This document shows, piece by piece, positions 1 to 14,600 of a stretch of 56,827 nt of DNA (position 1 is the first letter of the stretch; each line of letters opens with the position of its first letter). The notes under the pieces are model-generated. The model was not told the origin of the DNA, ran no database searches, and saw only the letters and a program-made list of their open reading frames with translations. Made by a program: the position numbers and the translations under genes. Source of the stretch: Mizuhopecten yessoensis. Lineage: Eukaryota. The DNA is taken from contig NW_018408109.1 of NCBI RefSeq assembly GCF_002113885.1, forward strand, positions 1,329,396-1,386,222, read 5' to 3'.

Positions 1-1044
1 GATATTATATTCATGCCAGAAAAAGGTTTTCAGTGCATAATTGAAATTTTGGCAAGTGGTACAAGATTCGTTTAATAATTCAAATATCAAGGTACAGAGT
101 TTTATTAAACTTTTTCTCCATGTATACAGCTAACGGTGATGGTGCATAGGGATTGATGTTTCATAAGGCATTCATGGGTCCATAACGGGTGAAAGGTGAC
201 TTGATCATGAGCCACTAACTGGCAATCTTCACAGGTGATGAAATTGCAAACTATTTGATCTTTCTTGAGTCCTTATATATTGAATAAATCTATCACTAGC
301 GAATGGGTAAGTTATTATTAAATACAGCGTTGTGATAATAACGCGCAGTAAAGGTAACAATCAAGGCGTGTAGATTATCAATAAACCACGTTCTGACACT
401 ATCAAGTTTTAAAATAACACACTGTCGTGATCATCACTAAGGTAAACAAAACTAAATAGATATCTGGATCGTTCGACACACAAGAGATCGGTGAGATTTA
501 TTACCTGTGGCAAGAAAGTGTATATAACAATGACTGCTAAAATTAGATCAAATTTGACTCAGGTTAATTTCAATCTCAAGTAGAAAATAGGTCTATTATC
601 ATTGGAACACTACACATACCAATAGCTGACGACATCAAACACGTTTATTTGGACAGCAGACAGCACACATTATCATTTAAAGTCACAGAAAAATCAACCT
701 ATATATGTATAAAGGACGTGTCAGACTCTCGGATCTTAAAACAGTATATGAACCCTCTAAAAAGAGAATAATAACCTGTTATACCCTGTCTGCGAATATG
801 AGACCATGAATGTAATAAAAAACCTTTTTGAACTTGTGACTCCCATATATATATGCTACAATCTAAGTGATTAGGTTTATAGGTAAAATAGGTAAAGATA
901 CCATTGCATAGGTTTAATTGCTTACAAAATTTTCACTTCGGAGTATTTTCCAGAGTATATTCATCTTTGGTTTTGATACTGTGAATGAACATTGCCTGGA
1001 TAGGAACATTGTAAATTAATGTTGAGTTCCCTTTTCCTGGTCGG

Positions 1045-2571
1045 GAGTTAATGTTTCAAACCAAATAAGGTTAAACACTCTAATTACCTGTTATTAAAGA
1101 GTTAATGTTTCAAACCAAATAAGGTTGACTCTTAACCTGTTATTAATTAAAGAGTTAATGTTTCAAATCAAATAAGGTTAAACACTCTAATTACCTGTTA
1201 TAAAAGAGTTAATGTATCAAACCAAATAAGTTTAAACACTCTTTACCTGTTATAAAAGAGTTAATATTTCAAACCAAATAAGGTTAAATACTCTTTACCT
1301 GTTATAAAAGAGTTAATATTTCAAACCAAATAAGGTTAAATACTCTTTACCTGTTATAAAAGAGTTAATGTATCAAACCAAATAAGTTTAAACACTCTTT
1401 ACCTGTTATAAAAGATTTAATGTTTCAAACCAAATAATGTTGACTCTTAACCTGTTATTAATTAAAGAGTTAATGTTTCAAACCAAATACGGTTAAACAC
1501 CCTTAACCTGTTATAAAAGATTAATGTTTCAAACCAAATAAGTTTAAACACTCTTTACCTGTTATAAAAGATTTAATGTTTCAAACCAAATAATGTTGAC
1601 TCTTAACCTGTTATTAAATAAAGAGTTAATGTTTCAAATCAAATAAGGTTAAACACTCTAATTCCCTGTTATAAAAGAGTTAATGTTTCAAACCAAATAC
1701 GATTAAACGCTCTTTACCTGTTATAAAAGATTTAATGTTTCAAACCAAATAAGTTTAAACACTCTTTACCTGTTATAAAAGAGTTAATATTTCAAACCAA
1801 ATAAGGTTAAATACTCTTTACCTGTTATAAAAGAGTTAATGTTTCAAGCCAAATAAGGTTAAGCACTTTTTAACTGTTATAAAAGAGGTAATGTTTCAAA
1901 CCAAATATGGCTAAACACTCTTTACCTGTAATAAAAGAGTGAATGTTTCAAGCCAAATAAGGTCAAACACTTTTTAACTGTTATAAAAGAGGTAATGTTT
2001 CAAACCAAATATGGCTAAACACTCTTTACCTGTAGTAAAAGAGTTAATGTTTCAAGCCGAATAAGGTTAAACACTTTTTACCTGTTATAAAAGAGTTAAT
2101 ATTTCAAACCAAATAAGGTTAAATACTCTTTACCTGTTATAAAAGATTTAATGTTTCAAACCAAATAAGGTTAAACGCTCTAATTACCTGTTATAAAAGA
2201 GTTAATATTTCAAACCAAATAAGGTTAAATACTCTTTACCTGTTATAAAAGAGTTAATGTTTCAAGCCTAATAAGGTTAAACACTTTTTAACTGTTATAA
2301 AAGAGGTAATGTTTCAAACCAAATATGGCTAAACACTCTTTACCTGTAGTAAAAGAGTTAATGTTTCAAGCAAAATAAGGTTAAACACTTTTTAACTGTT
2401 ATAAAAGAGGTAATGTTTCAAACCAAATATGGCTAAACACTCTTTACCTGTAATAAAAGGGTTAATGTTTCAAGCCAAATAAGGTTAAACACTTTTTACC
2501 TGTTATAAAAGAGTTAATATTTCAAACCAAATAAGGTTAAACACTCTAATTACCTGTTATAAAAGAGTTAA
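1045..2571. repeat. Minisatellite, 52-bp unit, about 29 copies (in KIF28-like intron 3)
   Basis: Unit AAAAGAGTTAATGTTTCAAACCAAATAAGGTTAAACACTCTTTACCTGTTAT recurs every 52 bp (e.g. 1261, 1313); two variant units alternate in the 3' half. Confidence 0.97.
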
Positions 2572-5024
2572 TTATGGACTTCTATTGAGGTGAATATGTG
2601 GTTTTATGAACTTCAGAAAGTTATATTAACCGAGATGAGAAAACAGAAGGTTAATATCATTTTCTTAGGTTCATATAATCACATATTAATCAAAATAAAA
2701 GTATTAAAATATTATATTGTATGCTAAATAATGTTTCAATAATTAAACAAGATAAAATGAATGAAAATTGTTCTTCATTTACAGTATACAGGGGGCTGAG
2801 ATCCAGGATTTGTTCAGGGGGAATGCACTATTCCAGATTTCCAGTATATTTTGCGACAAATGCTGTCTGATCAAATGTCATTAGTAAACTCTTCCCTGCT
2901 TTGATCTGGATGAGTCCATTATGGTCTATACTAAATCTTTCTTGATTTTTTTTCCCTACTTCTCTTGTCTATTAGTAAAATGCCCAAGTGGAATGACTAA
3001 TTAATGTAATAATTCAATTTTGGTAATTCATTTATTTCAATTTTGAATTGTCCTTCTTGCAAATATAACACATATGTGCCCTGTGGCTACTACGGACCAC
3101 CGACCATACAGGTAAAAAGTCTGTATCATGGTTTTCTGACCCATTTAATTGATGCTGGGTTGGTCAATCAATTAGTGTCAACACCAATCATTGAATATTC
3201 CATTCACACAATATATAGATGCAGCATATATATATACGCACTGAAACAAATTAAGTCTAGGACAGGGGCCGGGGTGTCACGTGCGCTGTTGACACCTACT
3301 TTGGATTCGCCTTTAGAATACAGGTACTTATGAAGCTTTAATTACCAGGACTAGTCATCAAGACACTTGACTTATTGATAATTCATCACTGGAAAATCAT
3401 ATTTTGCATTTATAATGATCAATGTTTCTGGTTGTTTCTGATCATGACCCAACTAATTAGCTGTACTCCGCATGCATCAAATGAAATTCAATTTGATTTT
3501 TTGATTCTACTGTTGGGTATGCACATGCACCCAAAAAAATAACATTATTTTCTGAAAACATATTTGTGATTAAAATATACCTGTACATGTATAATGATAA
3601 TATACAAAATTCAATATAGCGCCCTATCTAGCTAGAATAAGCCTCTCTTAAGCACTTTACAGTACATAGATAAACAATTAATACAAATAGCATATACATT
3701 AATCATTACAATATTGAGGAATTCACAGGAGCTGCCTTAATTATCAGGCACTTAACTAATATATATATAGTCCTATGCCACCTGGCTAATATCTCCCTAT
3801 GTGTGTGTTAATGCCTGTGTGTGTGCTGGATGGTGTATATGTATACCATATTTATCCTGAAATAATAAGCCCATGCCAAATATTAGAGTTTCTGTAGAAA
3901 TACATATAAGGCTTAATATTATTTTATTGTCCTTTAATAAGCTCATTGCCTATTTTGAATTAAAGTTTATATATGTTTCGGCCCCTTTGGACTATTGAAG
4001 GAGAAAAACAGGCTTTATTTGCCAAAAATGATTTATAGTATAAACATCTTAACCTTAAAATGACCACTAAACATTTTAAAGATTAAAGGACGAATCATAC
4101 TAGAATATATCGTAAATTACATGTTACTGTAAATGTCTGTTTTTATTACGTTTAAATATCCCAAGGTTTAATACGACTGTTTTGTTGGACTGAGGACTCA
4201 ATGTTTACCCTGTCTGGGCTATTGGTGACTTTCACATCCATTGCTATTGTGTCCATTTAAACGTTGTCACAATGTCTCACCGGAACAATGGACAGGGAAC
4301 TCCCACCCCGTGTTTGTTGTAGTATCACAAACAAATATTACCCGTTTATATACAATGTTTGTTTCGGAATGTTCATTTCCTTCCTCGATCCCGTTTATGT
4401 ACTAGTTCTGTTAATTTACAGGTACAAGGCAAATGGTGTTGTAAAATAAACAGATTGCAATAATCACACAATCTCTACAATATGTCATTGTGTAAAATTA
4501 TTTACTCGAACGAGAAAAAGGAATTTAAAAGTGAACTCCTTGTATTACTATAAGTGGTTCAATAGTCTATCCCTGATAATTGTTTTTTTAATGGAAAATG
4601 TCAACTCCACAATAATCATGAAAGAAAACAGAAATTTTAAAAGAACTTGGCCAGACTTATAATAATATATTTATATTGTTGCAGCACTAATTCCTTTCTT
4701 AAATTTCGTTAAAATATTCAGTTTCATTGTCCTTATAATTGTGTTACGGCACAATGTTTATCTGAAAGGTAAAAGGTTTTTGACCCAGAGATCTTTTCTA
4801 AACTTACTCTTGTGAAGTTTTCTATTTTGGACAGAGAATACAATTTCTTTTAATACCAATTTCGACTATAACCAAATAAGCAGCATATTCCATATGTAAT
4901 TTCAATTAAATCAATTCATTTCATAGATCACCTTAAACTACTATACTACACACTTTTTTTAGATTCTGTTACAAAGTTTCTATATTATCAGTCTCAACCC
5001 CCTGAATAAAGAAAGGTAATTTTA

Positions 5025-6165
5025 AGTAAGAGGCTAGATGGGCCTGTGTTGGTCACCTGTTATCCATCACACATCTGTGACTTTCAAATGGTTTCAAGAT
5101 CAGATTTATCTATCTAAAAGGTCCTTAAGGATGATCCGTGACCCACTACAATATGTTTTTTTAAATAACCTCCCCTTAATTGTGTTTTAGATGTAACAAG
5201 TTGGGCAAGGACATAATTCTGTTGAACTGAGGTAGAGCATTTGTATGACAATCAGAAGTCTAGGGTTCAAATCTTCTAGTCTAGTTCTACCGGATTTTAA
5301 CTCTCCGGTTACTGATGCTGATTACATTTAGTTTACTTCATCTTTATTTTTAGTGATTCTTAAATCATTACGCTGGACATCGCAGATTTTTTGTTTAAAA
5401 GTTTTAAGATTATTTATAAAACATTCAAAGGTTGTATATAAATATACATTAGCCCCTGAAATTTAGATCCTGCACCTCATAGCACTTTACAACATTAAAC
5501 TATAATAAACCAGGCCAAGACTCAGGAACTTAGTCCTTTTGCTTATTCAGAAGACATCTGTTAAAGGTTTTTACACATTTGACCCTTATGACATTGAAAG
5601 TAGGCATATATGTGAACAAATTTGATAGCCCTTCATTCTTGAATGCTACAGGCCAAATACGCCTCTTTGTCATTATGTGGTTTAAACGTTTTACAAATTT
5701 GACCCCTGTTGATATGACCTTTGAGAGTTCTAGCAAAATCAATAGCCCTTCATCAAATCATGCTACTGGTTTAACATTATCACCCTATGCCTCTTGGATA
5801 TTTAGAAGAAACTGTTTAAATGTTTTAGCAAATTTGACCCCTGTAACCTTGTACAAAGGTCAAGGTGGTCTTTGATTTAATATAAACTTTACAATTATGA
5901 AACAAGCCGTTACAACTGATGTTAATAAGTCATGTTGGCCCAGATCGAGATGTTAATGTGCAGGGAGTCTTAATGTGGGAGGAAACTGAGTTCCAGGAGA
6001 AAACCCATCTTCCTTCACAGTCCTTCAGTTCCTAGCTTGCTTAATTATACTGGCCACATATCTATCACCACCAAAGACCTTTTGGAATTCAGACGAATTT
6101 GATTAAAAAATTTACAAATTTGACCCCTGGTGTGACCTTGAAAGTATGAGCAAGGTCACAGCAAT
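5025..6165 (+). mobile_element. Degenerate HINE/pearl-like non-autonomous element with internal repeats and SINE fragments
   Basis: Starts AAGAGGCTAGATGGGCCTGTGTTGGTCACCTG; recurring TTTGACCCC...ACCTTG...GGTCAAGG modules at about 5580, 5700, 5835 and 6120; reverse V-SINE core fragment at about 5965-6010. Confidence 0.5.
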
Positions 6166-6912
6166 TAAGCTGTATGTCCTATTGACATGCCAGGTGAGTT
6201 AACTACCTATGCTACTCAATATTTCATTGTTTAACTTATCTTTATAACTTATACATATTACATTGTTTCCCCCTGAAACTTTCCTGTTTCATAGACTATT
6301 ATTATATATAGATTTATGACCATGTAGAGATAATTTCATATTCTGGCCAGCCTGCAGAGAAATAGACAAATATAGTTGTAGCATGCAGGATGTTTTAATT
6401 ATCAATATATATACGTACATTCCCAAGAGATTTTTTGTGTAGCTGACTCAGACTAATACCACTAGGACAATTACAGGTAGAGTCTGCAGTAATCCATACC
6501 TATATATATATATATGTACTCCAGCACCACCACGGACAAATTGTCTGCACGATGTATGGTACAATTGCATTCGGTGATAATATTCTATTGTTTGTTGTTA
6601 AAGTAGCTATGATACCGACCATAAAGATACGTCTCGGTGCTGGCTCTATAAAAATTGTACACCAGGTGATCAGCTTGGTGTTTGTTTTGTATACAAAATT
6701 ACACCTTGTCAGATTCATAGCCGCTAAGCATCCACATACAAAAAATCTATAATCATGAGATTATTGATTTATATGAAATATTGTTTGCCCGACATGAAAC
6801 AATTAATTTTGCGGATGTTGTCGGCTGTGTGATCTACTGATTCACTTTGGTGTCAAAAAGCAACAACCCATATATTGTACATTACCTTGATTCACGCTCC
6901 AATAATGTCCTA

Positions 6913-6984
6913 CAATTATGACTCTGAGTCAAACTTCAATTATGACTCTGAGTCAAACTTCAATTATGACTCTGAGTCAAACTT
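6913..6984. repeat. Perfect 24-bp triplication containing AP-1 sites
   Basis: CAATTATGACTCTGAGTCAAACTT x3 at 6913, 6937 and 6961. Confidence 0.95.
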
Positions 6985-7105
6985 ATTGCCACTGAAATAT
7001 ACATATGAGTGTTATATTTACATGGATAGTATATAACAGGTACATGTAGGCAGTAATAATGAAATTTCTCCCAAACTCAAAACACAGGTGCATTTCCCTT
7101 TTTTT

Positions 7106-9105
7106 TAGGGAAAAGATAATATATCTGCCATTTACCTAACCTATGGAAAGATTATATATCTGCCATTTACCTAACCTAAGGAAAGATTATATACCTGCCA
7201 TTTACCTAACCCAGGGAAAGATTATGTACCTGCCATTTACCTAACCTAGGGAAAGATTACATACCTGCCATTTACCTAACCTAGGGAAAGATTACATATC
7301 TGCCATTTACCTAACCTAGGGAAAGATTATATATCTGCCATTTACCTAACCTATGGAAAGATTATATACCTGCCATTTACCTAACCCAGGGAAAGATTAT
7401 GTACCTGCCATTTACCTAACCTAGGGAAAGATTACATATCTGCCATTTACCTAACCTAGGGAAAGATTATATATCTGCCATTTACCTAACCTATGGAAAG
7501 ATTATATACCTGCCATTTACCTAACCCAGGGAAAGATTATGTACCTGCCATTTACCTAACATATAGGGAAAGATTATATACCTGCCATTTACCTAACCTA
7601 GGGAAAGATTACATATCTGCCATTTACCTAACCTAGGGAAAGATTATATATCTGCCATTTACCTAACCTATGGAAAGATTATATACCTGCCATTTACCTA
7701 ACCCAGGGAAAGATTATGTACCTGCCATTTACCTAACATATAGGGAAAGATTATATACCTGCCATTTACCTAACCTAGGGAAAGATTACATATCTGCCAT
7801 TTACCTAACCTAGGGAAAGATTATATATCTGCCATTTACCTAACCTATGGAAAGATTATATACCTGCCATTTACCTAACCCAGGGAAAGATTATGTACCT
7901 GCCATTTACCTAACATATAGGGAAAGATTATATACCTGCCATTTACCTAACCTAGGGAAAGATTATATATCTGCCATTTACCTAACCTAGGGAAAGATTA
8001 TATATCTGCCATTTACCTAACCTATGGAAAGATTATATACCTGCCATTTACCTAACCCAGGGAAAGATTATGTACCTGCCATTTACCTAACATATAGGGA
8101 AAGATTATATACCTGCCATTTACCTAACCTAGGGAAAGATTATATATCTGCCATTTACCTAACCTTGGGAAAGATTATATATCTGCCATTTACCTAGCCT
8201 AGGGAAAGATTACACATCTGCCATTTACCTAACCTAGCGAAAGATTATATACCTGCCATTTACCTAACCTAGGGAAAGATTATATATCTGTCTTTTAACT
8301 AACCTAAGGAAAGATTATATATCTGCCATTTACCTAACCTAGGGAAAGATCGTATACCTGCCATTTACCTAACCTAGGGAAAGAATATATACCTGCCATT
8401 TACCTAACCTAGGGAAAGATTAAATATCCGCCATTTACCTAACCTAGGGAAAGATTATATACCTGCCATTTACTTAACCTAAGGAAAGATTATATATCTG
8501 CCGTTTACCTAACCAGAGTAGGGAAAGATTATATATCTACCATTTACCTAACCTAGGGAAAGATTTCATATCTGCCATTTACCTAACCAGAGTAGGGAAA
8601 GATTATATATCTACCATTTACCTAACCTAGGGAAAGATTTCATATCTGCCATTTACCTAACCAGAGTAGGGAAAGATTATATATCTACCATTTACCTAAC
8701 CTAGGGAAAGATTTCATATCTGCCATTTACCTAACCAGAGTAGGGAAAGATTATATATCTGCCATTTACCTAATCTAGGGAAAGATAATATATCTGCCAT
8801 TTACCTAACCTAAGGAAAGATTATATATCTGCCATTTACCTAACCTTGGGAAAGATTATATATCTGCCATTTACCTAGCCCAGGGAAAGATTATATATCT
8901 GCCATTTACCTAATCTAGGGAAAGATAATATATCTGCCATTTACCTAACCTAAGGAAAGATTATATATCTGCCATTTACCTAACCTAGGGAAAGATTATA
9001 TATCTGCCATTTACTGTACCTAGGGAAAGATTATATATCTGCCATTTACCTAGCCTAGGGAAAGATTATATATCTGCCATTTACCTAATCTAGGGAAAGA
9101 TTAAA
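7106..9105. repeat. Minisatellite, 35-bp unit, about 57 copies, with higher-order repeats
   Basis: Unit GGGAAAGATTATATATCTGCCATTTACCTAACCTA; variant markers recur every 177 bp and later every 74 bp. Confidence 0.97.
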
Positions 9106-9811
9106 CTGCTGATGCTTTCATCCTGAAAATATCACCACTTCTCAATATAGGATCGTTTCATCATTCTTAACCCCAAGAGGGTGAATGATTCTTTTATTTC
9201 TTCTGTTGATCTAATTATCTTTTGAAGTCAGAATCATATGATTTAATACAGATGTCAAATAGATTGCATGTTAATACATATTAATGAAGACTTCGACTTA
9301 ACAATGACATGTCAAAACATTCCATTCATTGTCTTTCCAGAGTACATAAAACACATTCAAGTTTCAAACCTAAACCATTCCATGAGAAAACCAGGTGTAT
9401 ATGAGGAAGCTGAACCAATAGATGATATAATATATAACACAAGTGATTGTAATTGTAATCAAGCCATATCATGCGTGACTTCTCTATAATTATACAATAT
9501 CTTGTGATAAACACCAAAATTGTTAAAAGCAGTGGGGACAGGACCTTACCATGTCATGTACAGTACTGACGACCAAATATACAATGTATGTATGTACATT
9601 GGAACAATTACAACATCATTCATGTTGAACTGGCCAAGCATATGTACAATGTGTTTATGTAGGAAATGGACAGTTACAATATATATATATGTAGCATAGG
9701 AACATATATATACGATGGGGAAATTTACAATGTATTTATGAAAGCCTTGAAGGAGAAACGTTTTTAGGTAGGATAGAACATGCAATGAATTAAAATGATT
9801 TGGACCAATTA

Positions 9812-10347
9812 CCATAAAAACCCATGCACATTTTTTTTCAGAAATTTAATACCTAAAGTGGGGGGTGCGTAAAATACACAGGTATAGAAAATTTCAAGTT
9901 TTTTTCAGTAAGATCGACGATTCTGGGAGATCCCCATCTTGGATAACTCCCTTGGTACACGGAACTCTAAGACAAACTACGGTCAACAAATTTATTGATG
10001 TCAAACATTAATAAAAGATACAGTTGATACATAATATGTTGTTATCTGAGTTTATGTGAAAAGTATTATTAAATAGGTAACCGTTAACAAAGAAAGTTTA
10101 GCCAAATTCCTTTGCCAGAGAATTCCGAATCGCCGATCAACTTACGACGTTACGTTTCGACATCTTGGTGCGTTTCCCCATACTATTATGAAAATGTAGT
10201 TGTTCAATTTAAGCTCCGTTCCATGCAAGTTCTGTAAGATTTTTTGGGTGCGCAAAATATTCGGGTAAAAGCTTTTTTCACGATTTTCAGCCTCAAAAAG
10301 TACCTGCGCAAATTACACAGGTGCGCAAATTACATGGGTTTTTATGG
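9812..10347. mobile_element. Tc1/mariner-pogo-type MITE with TA target-site duplication
   Basis: TIR CCATAAAAACCCATG ... CATGGGTTTTTATGG flanked by TA (9810-9811 and 10348-10349). Confidence 0.85.
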
Positions 10348-10349
10348 TA

Positions 10350-10740
10350 CACTGTATTCATGTAGGGTATGATGGGAAAAATTACAATGTATTAATGCAG
10401 GTCTGAAACAGTTATAATGTATTTATGTAAGACTGGAACAATTACACTGTATTCATGTAGGGCATGATGGGAAAAATTACAATGTATTAATGCAGGTCCG
10501 AAACAGTTATAATGTATTTATGTAAGACTAGAACAATTACACTGTATTCATGTAGGGTATGACAGGAAAAATTACAATGTATTAATGCAGGTCTGAAACA
10601 GTGATAATGTATTTATGTAAGACTGGACCAATTACATTGTATTCATGTAGGGCATGATGGGAAAAATTACAATGTATTAATGCAGGTCTGAAACAGTTAT
10701 AATGTATTTATGTAAGACTGGACCAATTACACTGTATTTT
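10350..10740. repeat. Tandem repeat, 95-bp unit, about 4 copies, each a trimer of roughly 32-bp subunits
   Basis: CACTGTATTCATGTAGGG... starts at 10350, 10445, 10540, 10635 and 10730; degenerate monomers continue left of the MITE (about 9560-9810). Confidence 0.92.
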
Positions 10741-11663
10741 TGTACATATGTTCACGTTCACATAACAATGCATTCATGCTGCAGCCAAACCTATATAACA
10801 CTTGATCATTATATTATTACACATGACAAATTACATAACTGAAGGTAATATATACGGAAAACGAAGGCAGCATTTTGAAAACAAAACTTAGGCAAAACAA
10901 ATCTTTGCAGAAATAGCAAGCCATAATGTGCCGGTCATTTCTGCAACCAATCATAAGGAAATCAATCCCACAGGTGATATACACAAATCAAATTGTGTCA
11001 CATATCAAATACAGGCATTTAATGATAATGTTTTGATTTCAAAATAACTTAAATACAGACAACTCCATATCTAGGTGAATTGTGGGTCATATAATATTTA
11101 CAATAAGCAGTTCACCTGATACACTGTCTGTCAAATGAAAGCAGATGATCATTTTAACACAAAAAAAGTATATCATAAGCTCTCATGTCAGGGCAAAATT
11201 ATTCCAGTCTGGTTAGCTTCAGGACAGCTTAATTACACGCAAAACGTGAGTGTTTATAAAAATTGAAAATTGAAACAAAAACTGTCTTTACAGAAAGTTA
11301 AAATGACAATATTTAGGCATGAATATATGCTGAAATTAACTTTGATCTAGTATGCATCCATTGCAGCAGTAGATTAAATAATACATTATTTATATATTGT
11401 GCAGTTTAATGAAATGAATAAGACGAGAAAAAGTCTGTAAGACATGGAGGACACTTTGGCTTAGTGGTTGACCTAAAAATAGTAACTGTGATCTTGGTGC
11501 TCACCTTGAGAATCTGAAATAGGAACTGATCATCCAAGCTTAAGGTGTAAAAAATGGGAAAAGATTTTTTTCCTGACAAAAAAAGCCAAGTACTATAATT
11601 AAATGTGTATGGCCTTAAAACAACTTTCACTATACATGTCCCTCTTTGAGTTATCTCCCTTAC

Positions 11664-14600
11664 CTGGTATTCTTCGTCTGCCCCTGCATTCGCACGTTTT
11701 TCCTCCACTGCTTTGAACAGCTCGTCACAGAAAATAGGGACGATACCTTTGTTGCTGCCGTAACCGACCATGGAGTAAGATTTGCCACTTCCTGTCTGTC
11801 CATACGCAAACAAGGAACAGTTGTAGCCCTTCCATGCATTGTCCAGCACCCCTCTGCCGAGGTCATCAAACACTTTCGTCTGTAACATAAAAAAAAAAGC
11901 GAATTAATTCTCTATAATTACAGCTCAGGCAAGTATGCTATTAACTGCACCACCTGACCAACCAAGTAAATAGTTGACTGAGATGAGCCTTTTGCATATA
12001 ATATATAATATAACTGTATACTGTACAGTAGAGGAGGATTCCTTTTCCCATCCATCAATAATACTATATACCAGGAAATTATTGCTCTGTGAAACTTTCG
12101 CCCTTTGTGCCCATGAAATCAATTTTTGTCCAATGTTAATTTCGCCCTTCACATTAACTCATTCACCCCTGAAAACAAATTTGAACTCTACCAATTCAAA
12201 GGTTGGAATAGTTCATTATGAAATTTCAGGGGTGAATGAGTTAAATAACTATGTTATTATGCTGTTGACTTATATTCACTGCAATGATAAATTTGCCCTC
12301 AAAATGGAGGGGGGAAAAGGTAAAAGTTAAACTGCGGCAAAAATTTCCCAGTATACACAGATTATATACTTTTTCAAGACAACAGTTACCAGCACTTGTA
12401 ATCTACTTTCTTTACTCTTTCCATTGAGTGCCAATGGTGATATCATATATATAGGATCTTACATGAGTTTCCATTCCATATGAAATTTATGTAATGAGTC
12501 TAAGAATTTTTCAATTTAGCAAACCTCTGGCGAGCTAAAATGAAAAACAAGTTTCATAAATTTCATATGAAATGAAAACAAGTGTGAGATTCTTGTTATC
12601 ACATAATCAAAATTTGTGGCATTTATTCGTGTAAAACGACAATTTTCATGCAATCTTGAAATGTAAAAACCCACCATTTTGACACCAGTGCAAAAGTCTG
12701 TGATGTCATGTACTTGTCCAAGACGTGATGTCACAATTGAAACAATTGAAACTTACAAGCAATCACAGGGCTGATAGGTCATATTACATGGGTTAATACG
12801 CAAATAAATATAGCATGGGTATATATATATTCACTGGATAACACAGTACATTATGTGATAAATTTTACTGTTTCCCGGAACTGTCACAATATAATTTAAC
12901 CTAGCTTAGAATTTTTTGACAAATGTAAAAATCAATGTACTGAATCAAAATGAAGAGCCTAAAACTGAACAGGAATTAAAATGATAGAGCTTCATCAGAA
13001 AATTTATATCAACAACTTTAAATTTGATAGCCTAGTTTATAATCACAATGTCAAAGAAATATTATTATTCAAAGGTCTTATGTAGAGATATTGATTTGAG
13101 ACAATAACAAATTTGGCCCACATGACCTAAAATAGGTTGTCAATGATCATTTAGGGTTCTTGAGAGAAGTGTTTAACACATCTGACCCTTTTAAATTTGA
13201 AAGATAGTCAGGGTAATTTCTTCGAACAAAGTTGATGGACCTTCCTTCAACCCAGGAAGCCATATGTCAAATATCATGACTCAAGGTTTTATGGTTTTTA
13301 GAAGAAGTTGTTGGAAGAAAAAGTTGACAATGGCCACCAAGCCAAGTGTTCTACAATTTAGCATTCATGTAAGCTCACAGGCACCTGAACTCTGGAATAT
13401 TCTGTATACTATTAGCTATCCTGATGGGCAGGAATTTTTTAGTGTTCCAGTCAGACACAAATTTTAAAATTGAATAAACTTGAATATCAGAACAATTTAA
13501 CAAAAAGAAAATTCAAAGACTTTGAAAATCTGAGTGAACAACATGCTTGGCAGACAGAGCTTTCAAACTCACAGAATGTCGTGATATTTACCCTATGGTT
13601 CTAAATATAACTTTCTCATTAATAATGTATACATGTATAACCGTTCTGAATAATCAAACACACTTCGACAGCACAGCATGAGTTGTCCTTAAACGGTACA
13701 GCGATTACAAAGTTATTGGTGTGAGAAATCTGTCAATAACATGGTTCATCAACCAGGTTTTAACTCATTCACCCCTGAAGATTCATAATGAACTATTCCA
13801 ACCTTTGAACTGGAAGAGTTCAAATGTGTCTTCAGGGGTCAATGTCAATTTCCTAAAAGTGAACTCGGATAGTATTGAAAATATTTACCATTTCTTGTAA
13901 TTCTCTACCAATAAAAGTTTCATGAATATCACTTGGTTTCCTGTTTATCTCGGTACACAATAAATCATATATAAAAATTATTCAAATTTAAATACACATT
14001 TATTACAATTTAAATAAGACAAAAATTAAATAAACATAAACCATGCAGGCAAATCATGGGAACCCATCTTTAACTAAAAAGAAACATTTATGTAATTCAA
14101 TAAATATCATAACTATGTGTACCGTATTTGCCATAACTAAAGTGCCTGATCGATTTGCTGAAGTGAATTGCTTTAGATAAAAAACACAGGTTGTGGCAGT
14201 AAGTAAAATGCTGTTTTTTAACAGTATTTCATTCAATAATCAGGCAATGTTATTTTATACATGCAGTTTGCGAGGGATCGGAAAACACGCTTGGAACTTA
14301 TATTAATTCCTCTCCTAGATGCTGTTTATCAGACACAACTGAATGATACATCCAAAATTGTTTTTTTCTAAAATGCCAGAAAACACTCTTAATTGATTGT
14401 GAGCCTGTAGCTCTAGGTGTCGGGGATAAAAAGAAGAATCCTACATTTTGGTAACATTTATATATATGCCACAGTTCCTACTCACAAACTGGCAAGTAGC
14501 CAAAATATGGATATAAATACATTAATTACGAACTGTACAATTTGCCTGACCTATTACTTACAGTGCTACCAGACTTAAAATGTATATCCTTGTATGGGAA

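Noticed and set aside
7106-9105. CRISPR-like array (35-bp repeats)
   Set aside because: Units are head-to-tail with no unique spacers, no cas genes are present, and the context is a eukaryotic intron.
11406-11663. C-terminal extension of the 160-aa kinesin ORF
   Set aside because: Read-through past the CAG|GTAAGG donor at 11664 into intron sequence; no motor-domain similarity.
1-11663. KIF28-like exon 4 (expected SMLEIYNE-type motif)
   Set aside because: Not found by eye on the minus strand; presumed to lie beyond the left edge.
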